Shown here one piece after another: positions 13,203 to 25,015 of a DNA stretch of 64,000 nucleotides. Each line of letters begins with the position of its first letter. Position 1 is the first letter of the stretch. The notes beneath the pieces are model-generated. The model ran no database searches. It was not told the DNA's origin and saw only the letters and a list, made by a program, of their open reading frames with translations. A program made the translations under genes and the position numbers. The stretch comes from Octopus vulgaris (lineage: Eukaryota): positions 15,252,001 to 15,316,000 of the forward strand of contig OX597822.1 of the NCBI GenBank assembly GCA_951406725.2, read 5' to 3'.

Positions 13203-13204
<2 letters not shown>
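13065..13204 (-). mobile_element. SINE family B (5' half)
   Basis: GATGAAAGGCAAAGTCGACCTCGGCGGAATTTGAA...TTCTGCTAGCTCGCCGCC is the reverse complement of family B. Confidence 0.85.
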
Positions 13205-13277
<73 letters not shown>

Positions 13278-13943
13278 ATATACATATTTGTGTGTGTGTG
13301 TGTGTGTGTTACGTGCATTATTTTCATCGAATCAGTCTCTTGTTTCTTACATTCTCCAGGTTTCACCTGTAGGTGCACAGGATTTCCTGGCAAGATATGA
13401 CTGAAAATGGATGGAATTTGCACATCTATAAATAGTTTTCTTGCTCTAGGGTCTTGTGATGGAGAGATTGTACAGAAAATGAAAAAAACCAATATATAGA
13501 AAAAAGAGGAAAAATAAACGAGAGGAAAGGAAGAAGAAAGACCCAAAATAAAAGAAAGGAGAGAAAATAAATGAAAAGAATAAAACAGGAAAAATATGGA
13601 AAAGACAAAGTAAAGAGGAAGAATGAGGGGGTAGGAAGAGGGTAGGATGAGGGAGAGGAAATGAATTGGAAAGAATGAAGCAGGATGGGTATTAGAATAC
13701 AATGGAAGAATCCGATAGGAACTATTCAGTAGAGATATAGCAGATGAGGAAATTTGGAATTACTAGCGATTATGGGTAGAGAGAGATAAATGAATAAGTA
13801 AATAAAAAAAATTGACACGACTGTTAGAATGAATGACAAGCAGGTTGGGGCGGATTTAAAGGAATCGGCAAAATATGAGTCTTTAAGATTGTTTCAGGGA
13901 GAAATGCAAGTTGGTAAAATATATTTTATTGGCACCTCTCACT

Positions 13944-13975
<32 letters not shown>

Positions 13976-14129
13976 ACACACACACACACGCACACACACA
14001 CTATCTCTCTCTCTCTCTCCGTCTTATATACATGTATGTGTAGGTATGTGTGTGCCTGTATGCGTATAAGTCTCTTTGTGTATGTTTGCGAGTGTGTGTG
14101 GGAAGGCACGTGTCCCAATGTTTAGTTGC

Positions 14130-14330
14130 ATTCACGATCGCGAAATGGTGGTTTCAGTTCCTGGAACGTCAGTGCGTTGTATTCTCGGGAAAACACTTTA
14201 TTTCACATGATTCCACTGCCTTCTATTCAGCTGTAAATTGGTAATTCTGAGACTGACTGGCGTTCCGTTGAAGCCGAGAGATCTTAGCCTGCTTTCCTGC
14301 TCAGCTGAGTGGCATCGTCCGAAAGCCACA
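14130..14330 (+). mobile_element. Degenerate SINE-like remnant (related to 23209 family)
   Basis: GGTTTCAGTTCC B-box-like motif, AAACACTTTATTTCAC, ATTCAGCTGTAAATTGGTA and GACTGGCGTTCCGT resemble central and 3' SINE domains. Confidence 0.3.
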
Positions 14331-15004
14331 ACAACCTGAGGAAGCGTATTGTGACCAGCTGTGAAATTCATTTAATGGACTGGTCAATACTGTGAAATAC
14401 TGATATCTACAAAGATGTGAGTGTGTATGTGTGTATGTATGTGCGTATGTGAGTGTCAGCATTTGTGTGCGTGTTTGTGTGTGTTTGTAAAGATAGTGGG
14501 ATAGATGTTTTGAGAAAAAGACCACTTATTCCCCTTGTACAATTACACGTACAATCTCATACAACATCAAATATAGCCAATAAATTTTACCCAGTTCTCA
14601 TATGACACGAGAGACAACGAGATTATATATGTGATTTCGATGGTGATCGGTTATAACTATAAGGTGTTTACACATCTTTTTGGTTTTCGTCACTGCTTAC
14701 ACTTTTGTTCCAATTGTTTTTAAATTTCGTGCATGGATTACGTTTTATACACTAATTATGAAAATAAAGTTCATTTTCCCTATAAACCCGTAATTAAAAT
14801 GTTATTAGCCTTTAAAAATTTCAAAATTTGGGTATTTTAGCCACTCAGAAGCGAGTGTTTTACACTTCACCGTGGCGAAGAACTCTGTTTCCATAGTAAC
14901 CTAAGACACTGCGCATGCGCGCAAGCAGTGTAACTACCACGTGTTCTATAAGTGTTTTCATAACAGAGGGAACTCACACTCAAGAAACTGAAAGTACCTG
15001 GGTA

Positions 15005-16592
15005 TTAGGGAGCAAAACACATACGTTTTGAACTACCAATGAATAATCTCCATTCATCAGGATCGTATTTGTGGACGCCGAGGCGAAGAAGAACGCTCTC
15101 AACGTCATTGCAATGAACAAGATCCGTGTTCTCATTAAAGAATGGCACAAATTCGGCATCCCTATTTCGATAGAATGTTACCTTTGTGCCTTTTGCTAAC
15201 ACGTGTTTTTCGTTGAGACTAGAGGCAAAAAGTTCTGCTGATTCTTTGCTTAGATTTAAGTCTTGAACCAAGCCATTCAGCTCAATTTGGTTAAACGGCT
15301 CTGGCATGTTTTAGGTAACATAGTCAGGATCCTTTTCGCTGTGTCTCTCATTTACATCAGTATAAGACTCTTCACTTTCTACAAGTTCCGTGAAAAACTG
15401 GGATTGGCAAATCATCTGAATGCGGCACTGGTCGAATAGCGGAATACAGACTGGGATAGTCGATAGATCTGCGTTTCTTTTGGCTCAGTCCCGCAACACT
15501 GACTGAGCAGAAGTAGCATTCTTCAGAGTGGTTCTTTGACTCACGGCACATCATAGGAATAACGAATCTCAGCGATTTTCGGGTTCCTGATGTCCACAGT
15601 CTCATGTGTTCCAAACATGTCTTGCAAACAATGTGAATTCGCCCATGGTTTGTCCTGATCACCAATATCGACGTGAAAGTAAGCACGATAGGCTTTCTTG
15701 TAAAAGTCAGATATCGGTTTCCTGTTGGCTTTCGGTGTGAACTCGCCGCATGTACAGCAAAATAATTTGGGATCATTTTTGCATCCTCTCGTTGAAGCCA
15801 TGTCATTTGATATCTCTATGATTAAGAACGAACATGAGTTGGTTGAGCGTTTCCATTACACTTTGCATGTTCACATTTAGGTAATTTGATATTTCCTAAT
15901 GTCCTACGCAAAGACTCGTCAAAAATGTCAATAACAACAGACAGAAAGAGTTGTTAGGCTGCTTCTACTCCGTATCTTCGTAATCCCGCGTGGAGGGCAG
16001 ATGCTTTGGCGAAACCATTTTCATGATGTTCATCATGTACAATGGAATCGGTGCATTCAATTGGGTTGTTTTTAGTTGGAGTTTTTTTCCAACTGTGAAA
16101 ACAAAAGCTCTTTATGTGCTTGGTTTCCTTTCATATTGAAGGGATAAAAGTGATGGGATAAATTTATGAATATCATACAGAAGATTTTAGAGTTACAATT
16201 TTTTTATGTCACTTTAATTATCAGGTTTTTAAAGTGAATTTCTGAAAGTTTATCAGCTAATTTAAATTTTGGCAATTGGAAAAATTCGGTACTTCTATTT
16301 TAAAAGTTTCGACTCAAAAATACTTTTTTTTCTTATAATAATAGTTTATTCCAGGCAGATGACATAAATTGATCGGCCTACCTGAAAATTCATGTGTTTC
16401 TACTACATTTTTTTTACTACATTTTATGATCAGCCAAGATCGTAAATTGATCTATCTTCCAAAATGAGCAATTTCAGTAGATCAAAAACAGTAGCTAACC
16501 ATGAAAAACAAGTCATTTTCGGAATCAGCACCTTTCAAATATGTTAAATAACGTATTTCGTTTCTTGGCACCAAAAATCTTGTTGACTAGTG
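15005..16592 (-). mobile_element. Chapaev3-type (CMC) DNA transposon, 5' part with frameshifted transposase
   Basis: Three overlapping minus ORFs join into MASTRGCKNDPKLFCCTCGEF..YFHVDIGDQDKPWA..CKTC..MMCRESKNHSEECYFC..SAIRPVPHSDDLPIP..FNQIELNGLVQDLNLSKESAEL..EWRLFIGSSKR. The terminus reads CACTAG.. on minus and is flanked by TAA. The 3' half is missing. Confidence 0.75.
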
Positions 16593-16593
16593 T

Positions 16594-16835
16594 AAGTTGG
16601 AGCACTAGATTTTGTTACTAAATGCCTAACGGAAAATCTGGATAAACTGGGATTTTCAGAAAGAGAGACCAGCTGTTTCGTACCTTACAAGTGCAATCTG
16701 TGGGTGGAGCAGTAAAACTATGCAAGACTTTTCTGAAGTTCCAAATGTGAATTTGTTTTAACTACATCCCAAAAGATGGAGTCTTGTATCTTTGTTGGAA
16801 ACCGGCTCTCTCCTCAGTGGACGATTTATGATAAG
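16594..16835 (+). mobile_element. R4/Dong-clade 3' fragment
   Basis: VGALDFVTKCLTENLDKLGFSERE..LQVQSVGGAVKLCKTFLKFQM*, homologous to the end of the 7310 element, followed by the conserved 3'UTR hairpin. Confidence 0.75.
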
Positions 16836-16884
16836 TAAAATATAGAAGAGACAGACATATGTAAACATTTATATCAAAAATAAT

Positions 16885-17125
16885 TGATACTCTTGGTTTT
16901 GTCAGAAAATATTTCAATGGTAATCTAGATGAAGTGAAATTTTCAGATACAGGAATCAGTTAACTAACTCGCACAATACAAAACAGAATCTGCAAGTGGA
17001 ACTGTAAAGTTATACAAGAGTTTTCTCAAGTTTAAAATGTGACATTGTTTTGGTTATCTATGTGTCAATGATGGAGCTTTGTATCATTGTTAGAAACCAG
17101 CTCCTTCCTCAAGGGAAGAAGTTTA
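16885..17125 (+). mobile_element. Second tandem R4/Dong-clade 3' fragment
   Basis: LGFVRKYFNGNLDEVKFS..SASGTVKLYKSFLKFKM* followed by the same 3'UTR hairpin. Confidence 0.7.
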
Positions 17126-17379
17126 ATAATTAAAATTACAAGAGAAAAATTCCGACAGCTTTAATGTTGTTAGTTATGGACGATGTCGCTGGAATCATGT
17201 GATGTTCATTACAGGAATGTCGATACTCTCATATGCACTGCTGCTTAAAGAACACCAGGCAGGCATATGTAGTATTCCTGGAAATGAACTACTAAATTTA
17301 AGCAACCGAGATGGAAAACAAACCTTCAAGAAAACACCAATCTGCGCTACCATATTGTGAGAGGAATAATAATTCAAAA

Positions 17380-17578
17380 GTTCGGTACAAGGCCATCAAG
17401 TTCGTGAGAGGGCTTAAGTCAATTATAGTGACACCAGTGCTCAACTGGTACTTTTATTGACCACGGAAGGATGAAAGGCAAAGTAGATCTCCGCAGGATT
17501 GGAACTCAGAATCAAAGACGGACGAAATGCCGCTACGCATCTTTCTTGGCGTGCTAACTGTTCTGTCAGATCGCCACC
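17380..17578 (-). mobile_element. SINE family B variant
   Basis: CTGGTACTTTTATTGACC..GGATGAAAGGCAAAGT..GAACTCAGAA..GACGAAATGCCGCTA. Confidence 0.75.
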
Positions 17579-18391
17579 TTTGTAAGAGGCATAATGAGCT
17601 TACACCTCATCAGTTACACGTTATGAAGAAATTAACACGACTCCCATACACACACACACATACACACACACACACACACATAGCTCACAAACACACACAA
17701 GCACACACATAGTTCACACACACACATGTTTGTACAAATAAAATATAGCAGAGGAAGACGGCAAAAGAACATACGGAAACAAGAAAGAAGCAGTCAATGG
17801 ACGTGAAAACGCCCATCCATCAACAGTTACAGACCCCAAGACAGCACAATTTCCACGCTTTATTGAAGGTATTGTTGAATTTGGCGATGACAAAAGCAAG
17901 AAGCTGCCGAGGTATAAATGAGAGAAAAGGATGTACAGAAAAGGATAAGTGAAAAGACAAAAGTGAAGAGAAAAAGGAAAAAGAAAGATAATGTCTAGAC
18001 AGAATGGTTATATAGAAAGCCTTTAGGCTCTTTGATTGGATTATTTGAAGACATATATAAAATTACACAAACGAAAGAGGACGTGTTCGGACTGCGGATA
18101 GTACATGTAGGAAAATAACTTTTGAGGTCAGTTTAAACTTTGTAGAAAACATAGATAATTGGGTAAAAAAAAGCATATGATTAAAAAGCATCCTCTTTCT
18201 CTCTTTCGACACCATTTTAACTACAATTTAACAGTCAAAAATCCAACTAGCTTTTCTCATAGTCGATGATTACCTACACTAGAATTTAATAACAATACAA
18301 ACTTTATTGAAAGTTCATGTCGCGAACTTAAGTTGACTGAGTTTTCTACGGGCCATACGGATTATATACTCTACTTATTGGGTGTGGGTCA

Positions 18392-18860
18392 TCAAAGCGC
18401 AAGATTGATGTAATCAGCGGAAACACTGCACACCTTTGATGAAGTACCTTTATTATTGTAATTGCGTTTTCCTACACAGATTTCTACATAACTTTCTTCA
18501 AAACAAGTTCGCATCAGGTTTGCAAGTTTACTTAGAGAAGCTCGGATATCACTCCAAAACCACGACCTGGTAATGATAACGGATACTAAACATTTACGGA
18601 AACTTTCAATTGTGGGCGTTTCATACCTTATATTAAAATCCGAGAGCAGACTGTTTACAATAGATCTGGAAATGTAAATAAAGTTTTTCTCTTTATGCAT
18701 GTTTTTACTCATTCATGTGGATTTATGAAAATCATAACTCTGCTATATCATCGCAATTTCTAGACGAGTTCTGAACCCGGCTCAACTAGCTCTTAAGTAC
18801 GATGCCCTATTCTGCTATAATACATTTTGTATGCAGAGGTTTAAAGAATATTTTTCGTAA
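18392..18860 (-). pseudogene. Decayed Penelope-like RT C-terminal/thumb remnant
   Basis: SLLSDFNIRYETP..SFRKCLVSVIITRSW.WSDIRASLSKLANLMRTCFEESYVEICVGK resembles the PLE region between RT and GIY-YIG. The match is weak. Confidence 0.35.
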
Positions 18861-19194
18861 TTCATAGTATGATGCATGGTGGTATAAATAAATGATAACT
18901 GAAGAGTGTTTACGACCCTTTGATGAAATTCAGTAATACAGCAAACCGTAACTCATATTTGATATTTAGTTCGTTGCTGTGCTGTTCAGTATGTTTTCAT
19001 TAACCTTTCTTCTACTGACACCATTCAGACATGAATCATATAAAATCAAACTAGAGAAATAAGGAAGCTTTACAATATATTTTATATTTCATTCAGCGTC
19101 GTGGTAAATGTACAAAAGAAATGAAACTAAAAAAAATATTCATTATAGTAGAATCATGATTCACTACAGAAAATAACAGCGAATGGAAATATAC

Positions 19195-19240
19195 CAAAGC
19201 ATACATACATACATACAAACATACATACATACATACATAT

Positions 19241-19273
<33 letters not shown>

Positions 19274-19318
19274 CATACATACATACATATATACATACAT
19301 ACATATATATATATAAAC

Positions 19319-19364
<46 letters not shown>

Positions 19365-19625
19365 GCTTACATATATATAAAACATATATATATACATACA
19401 TATATATATACATATATATATCTATATATATATATATACATACACACATATATATACATATATATATATACATATATATATACATATATACATATAAATA
19501 GATACATATATACATATATGCACACACACATATACACACACACACACATATATATATACATATATATACATACATGCATATATATATATACGTATACATA
19601 TATATTATATGTATGTATACATAGA
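19195..19625. repeat. Compound (TA)/(CATA)/(CA) low-complexity tract
   Basis: Directly visible. It explains the IY/MY ORFs. Confidence 0.9.
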
Positions 19626-20509
19626 TATCATATATATCTTTATTATATTTATTATCGATAGGATATCATTTCTATATAACGTTTTCAGATAGAAACAATA
19701 CATTTAAGTTAAAAATAACAATGGCGCACATTCTCCGCAATGTCTGCAAAATAGATAACTATAGTCATGCACATGATAACAGTTGCAACTAAATGAATTC
19801 ACGTCGGGAATGAGTTGGTATAAGGAATAGTTTTATGCTCATTCCTAACTATAGCAAAATATAAATTGAGATATGTATGGAATTTGACATCAAATGTATA
19901 TTTTGCTATTTGAAGAATAAATGTGTCGTTCTAAAATCTACATGAATGAATGGAACTAGATCTGTTAAATGTCTTTTTTTAGTATTTTTATGACATATGA
20001 ATCATATCTTCCCTATTTTTTTCTCTGTTGCCCGATATGCAGATTCTATCAGTGAATGGAAGCAAAACAAAACACAATTCTGTGAATCGTGACTTGGAAC
20101 CATTGTTCCTTAAATAGTTCGCAATTCCATTCTGAATGTTTTGTTCAGTTTATATATGCTGCCTGCATTTCTATATTTCTTTATTCATGTCTTAAATATA
20201 TTTCTATGAATATTGCCATTAACAATTGCTGGTGCAGGGTAGTTGTTTGCCGAAGGCCAGTAATATATTCTTCATGTTAAGTTTCATGAAGTATAACTTA
20301 GTTTTCACATGAAACTGAAGGAAAACAAAATAACATTCATTTCGACTGAATGTGTTACAGGAAAACATCACTAGATGTGTGCTTCAATTGTTAATTTAAT
20401 ATGTGGGGTACAATACTTTAAACATGCTTAACACTGTGACGGTATGTTCAATTTCACTCCCATGACTAAAAAAATCACTAATGTCGTAATTATTAAGGAG
20501 GGAGATTAG

Positions 20510-20670
20510 AGGAATGAAACGACCCAGTACTTCACTGGTACTTTAATTTTTATACTTCGAATGGATGAAAGGCAAAGCTGGCCACGATGGTAGATAAATT
20601 TAACATAAAAAGGAGAAAGAAATAACATTCGGAATTATGTTCGATGCTCAATGTTACCGCCAACTTACTA
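20510..20670 (-). mobile_element. Degenerate SINE family B
   Basis: GACCCAGTACTTCACTGGTACTTTAATT..GGATGAAAGGCAAAG. Confidence 0.55.
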
Positions 20671-20814
20671 TCTGCTTAAATACATTAATAATAAAGCAAT
20701 TTGTTTTCTTATCGAATTTCTGAAACCATGTTTGCATACCTAATTTACTTTCACACTTTTTGCTTTCAATTCTTAAATCCTTTTTCATATTTATTTCCAA
20801 TGTTCATCATTTTA

Positions 20815-21002
20815 TTATTCATTCGGTCCTCGAAATCTCATCCATTTAGTTATCTGGTGCATAGATTTATCCAGCTGAAAATCTCCACATGGTACTTGGA
20901 TGCCTTCAGTAAAGTCAACTATTTTGCAAGAACTTGGGTCAGATCTCCAGTCTGGAGACAACAAGTTTATTTCCTGCCCACAGCCCTTATCAGTGAATAA
21001 GA
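20815..21002 (-). CDS. Candidate terminal coding exon of an unknown gene
   Basis: Strong polypyrimidine acceptor TTTCGTTTTTGGCTTGTTTTTTACTCAG. One open phase (LFTDKGCGQEINLLSPDWRSDPSSCKIVDFTEGIQVPCGDFQLDKSMHQITKWMRFRGPNE*). AATAAA at and just after the stop. No recognisable homology. Confidence 0.35.
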
Positions 21003-23208
21003 CTGAGTAAAAAACAAGCCAAAAACGAAACAACCACAGAAATTGGAATACCCCCTTTAATTAGTCATAATCTAATGCGTTTTTGATTATCTGCAGAATA
21101 TTTTCCTTCTCTATGGACGTTAAACGAATTAAACGTGGCCCTTTTGGAACATTTTCGCCCCAGTTCTTGTTCAGCTAAATACTTTTCATGTCCTTGAGTA
21201 ATAGGGCTAAGTTATATTGCGATTCTAATGAACAAAACATGTTTACTGATATCTGCCCAAATTGACAGTATACAAACTGATACAGTTTAAGTTTCGCTGC
21301 ATCGCTTCCTTACCCATTCGTATTGCCCCCTTCCATCTGTTGCTTTTCTCCATATTCTTTACCAAAGAACTTGCGCTTCTGTTTATTATTTCTAAATATT
21401 AGAACAGCTACCACATCAGCTTTCCCTTAATCAACAACCTTTTCTCCGTAAGCTATTGAATTTTTCCCCCAAGCAACACGAATTTCCAGGTTTCTTCATT
21501 CAATAACTCATTTCCGTCTGCACTTGTTACAAGATAAGGCATCCCTTTACTAAATCAAACATAATCTTGTCTCTTTTAGCTCTACGGAATCGTCATTCTC
21601 TCCTTTATTTTGTGGGAAGAATGGGATTTTAAAAAAGTATTGTGGTTGCTGGTTATTGCTTACAAGTTCATGCTGTCAAAACGCAACAATATATTTCGCA
21701 ATATCTTCCCTCAACAATTACTGCAACCTTATCAGATACACAGATTGGTGAAATGTTCAAGTGGTTCCCATCTTTCTTTCCAAGGACACATTTTATATCT
21801 TTAAATACAGCGCTTAAAATCTACCTTCTCCCCTCGACAAACTTTTCTAACTTTCTCTCTGTACACATGGAAACGCCTTCTGAGTGTCAAATTAGTAAGA
21901 AACTAAATCAACCATAACACGATTCAATCACAAACAAACAAAAGGAAGGTTTGCATCTCCCTAGGACTATTTTTTCTATTTGATGGCTGAAATAAAAGTG
22001 CTATTGTCCATCGTTATTTAGCAGTTGTATCCCGTTCTTTTCACTTTTTCTGCAAAAGAAATACTCTTCAGTGACCTGAACAAAAGCTTTTGACAGACAG
22101 GCAGCCAATCATCAAATCCACACTCTCTAAGAGTAAACAAGAAGAAACGTCGCCAATGGTTCTCGGCTTACTTGACTTAGCAGCCAAATCTGCCGCAACA
22201 CTTCGTGTTTCAAAACAATTACATTAATCAATGCACTCAGTAGTCCTTACTTCTGAAAAAAAAAGAAAGTATGAAATGCATTTAATTACATATTCCTCGG
22301 TCATGGCCTACTTGAAACTAAATCATACCAATAATGGTGTGAGCAGCAACATCACGAACTACAAAACAACAATAATGCTCTCGTTTCATCCAGTAATACA
22401 TAATTTTCTTATTAAAAACTACCTTTCTGTGGTACTTTTAACGAGCATTCTGTAATCTCTGTTGTAGCACCGCCATTGTGTAATCCATTGTTCGCTGCTG
22501 TTTTCTATATTCTAACTTTACTAACGTGATTAAGTTGTCACTAACAAGCTAACGAAGAAGTCTCCGTTTGTTCTACCAGTTAGAAATCACAAATCTCTAT
22601 CACTTTCTTTAGCAATGTCATCGAAAACGAAAGAAGTAGATAGTTTATGTATTTAAATGTGCATTACGTATTAAAAGTTGGTTCCTCTGTGCCTGGGCAT
22701 AAACAAAAGCCATAATAAACATCACCTGCGTCTTTGTATAATATGACACGTGTAAAGTTCTCGTGCATTGGGTATACATAAACATTAGTGAAGTAGCAGC
22801 ATGATATAAGTTTTGTCGTTGAGCAAAGGCGATTTCGAAAATGTCATGAAGCGGTTACATAACAACAACGTCTCTTTGAATACTGTTGAGTCAAAATTAC
22901 TGTAAGCATTCAGAAATTGGCATCAGAATAACTGAAAATGCTTCTACTCAGTGTAATGAATGATTTTGTTCTGAGGTTAATTAAGAAATGATTAATATTT
23001 ACTACTGACATATAGATGCGGTGGGTACTGATTAGAGACATCTTTAGACTAATATCTGAAAGGTTTTTGTTCCCAATCGGATTGCCCTTGTCACGGCAGC
23101 CATTATAAATGAAGAGACCCCAGGTTTTCCCTTTTAGAATCCTGTTACAATGTGATCATTTTATATCGAACTGCAAATTATTAACATTTTGGCATTTGTA
23201 CTTCCAAG

Positions 23209-23505
23209 TGGAGGCACATGGCCTAGTGTTTAGAGCAGCGGACTCGTGATCGAGGGATCGCGGGTTCGAATCTCAGACCGAGTGATATGTGTGTTTATGA
23301 GCGAAACACCTAAGCTCCACACGGCTCCGGCAGAAGGTAATGGCGAACTTCTGTTGACTCTTTCACAACAACTTTCTCTCACTCTTTCATCCTGCATCTA
23401 GCAGCTCACCGGCGACGGACCGGCGTCCCGTCCAGGTGGGGAACCTATACGCCAAGGAAACCGGGAAACCAGCCCTATGAGCCAGGTGTGGCTCGAGAAG
23501 GAACA
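23209..23505 (+). mobile_element. tRNA-derived SINE family C, full length with TSD
   Basis: A box TGGCCTAGTG, B box GGGTTCGAATCTC and 3' GACCGGCGTCCCGTCCAGG..GAAACCGGG. Imperfect TSD ATTTGTAC(TT/C)CCAA on both sides. Confidence 0.85.
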
Positions 23506-24939
23506 ATTTGTACCCCAAATCGTAATTTAACGATTTGTTAAATCTATTACAAGCAAGACATAAATACTTGGCGTGGTCTGATTGTGTAAAACCATTGACA
23601 AAGTTTTCCTAGGATGGCATCAGTGCAATGACCGAAAATCTAAAATGATAATCCATAACCAAGTATTCTATGGCACTTTTGCTTACAAGTGACCTATTGG
23701 CATTTTCTTAATTTTATTGGCATTATTTCCATATGTAACTTGCTCAGTTTGTTACTGGAGGTGTCACCAATGTACCAGTTGTTCACTTTCAGTAAACTAA
23801 GGTGATGTTCTCTTTCCAACTTTCGAGAATTTAGCGGAACCTCCTTGGATTGCCAAACATGATGGATATTTTTTTATAGATATGTTCAAGTTTCATTCCT
23901 ATCATCTCTAAGTACACAGAACCTGAAAATTCAGGACAATTACCAGACAACATTTGCCTACTGGCTGCAATAAAAACAAAGCAAAACAAGGCAAACTGAA
24001 ATAATGAAGGAATGGCTTATCAACTGCTAGGAATAACAATCAAAACTTCCTCAAAACTCAATATCGTTTTGCAACTCGCAATGAAAAGTTAGACATAGAG
24101 TATCGAGGAATTAAGGAGGAATTGGCCAATGGATTGCAGTCGAATATACGTCGACACGATTCAAATTAATAACATCCACATTATCAAAGATTAAAATACT
24201 ATTTGATGTAAGTTCCAACTATATTGAAACAAAATTCCTTCTTGTGATAATGCATTAATATAAGGTTTGTAATAGAATATTATTATAACTAGATATTTTC
24301 ATAAATATTTGATATCATTATTTATATTCCGACGCGTGAAAATGCTTTATGTGACTTATTAATGTAAAAGCATCTTGTATCTTAATGGAATATTTGTTCA
24401 CAGGAAAATATTACTAATAAAGGCATTCATTATATCTATTTCTCATTGTATAGTTTTTCTGTTATACTTTTTCTCTTGCACATCGACTATATTTAATCAG
24501 GACTCTTAATAGAAGTTTGAGCTTTGCATATATCTTCAGTAGATACATCAATAAAATAGTATTAACAGCACTAGTCTATCAGTCTCTGTATATTAAAAAA
24601 AATCTGTCTATTTCGTTCTATCACGTTCAACAGCAATTGTGTTACTAAAACGCACTCTTAAACTGCCGTATATATTTGAAGAAGAAAAGACATTAAGCTT
24701 TTAGAGATATATATGGATTTTTGCAAATACTTTAATTCTACATATATTTGTCAGAAGAGATTTATAGATTTGATAGATTCACTTGGGTTTGATCCGTTTG
24801 GAATTCTGCTTTTGAGAATGAAATAAACAGAAAGGTATCAAAATACATAATAGTTATGTTAAGATAACTTACAGCTGCTCTTGTTAAACATTCACCTGCA
24901 TTCCTCAATTTCTCAGAATTGTAGTTATTCTGATTTCAT

Positions 24940-24974
<35 letters not shown>

Positions 24975-24975
24975 T

Positions 24976-25013
<38 letters not shown>

Positions 25014-25015
25014 AA
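24940..25015. repeat. (CAT)n microsatellite
   Basis: Directly visible. Confidence 0.95.

Noticed and set aside
13130-13702. 190-aa hydrophobic membrane-protein ORF
   Set aside because: It is the antisense of a purine-rich low-complexity tract plus (CT)n and a SINE.
21280-21900. Decayed RTE ORF on minus
   Set aside because: Only faint motif hints (CGSCS), too degraded to support.
23209-23285. tRNA gene
   Set aside because: A and B boxes are present, but it continues into a SINE body with a TSD and the cloverleaf is imperfect.
23700-23930. Decayed Dong C-terminus on minus
   Set aside because: Resemblance to QK..LLGTARILRKVL is too weak.
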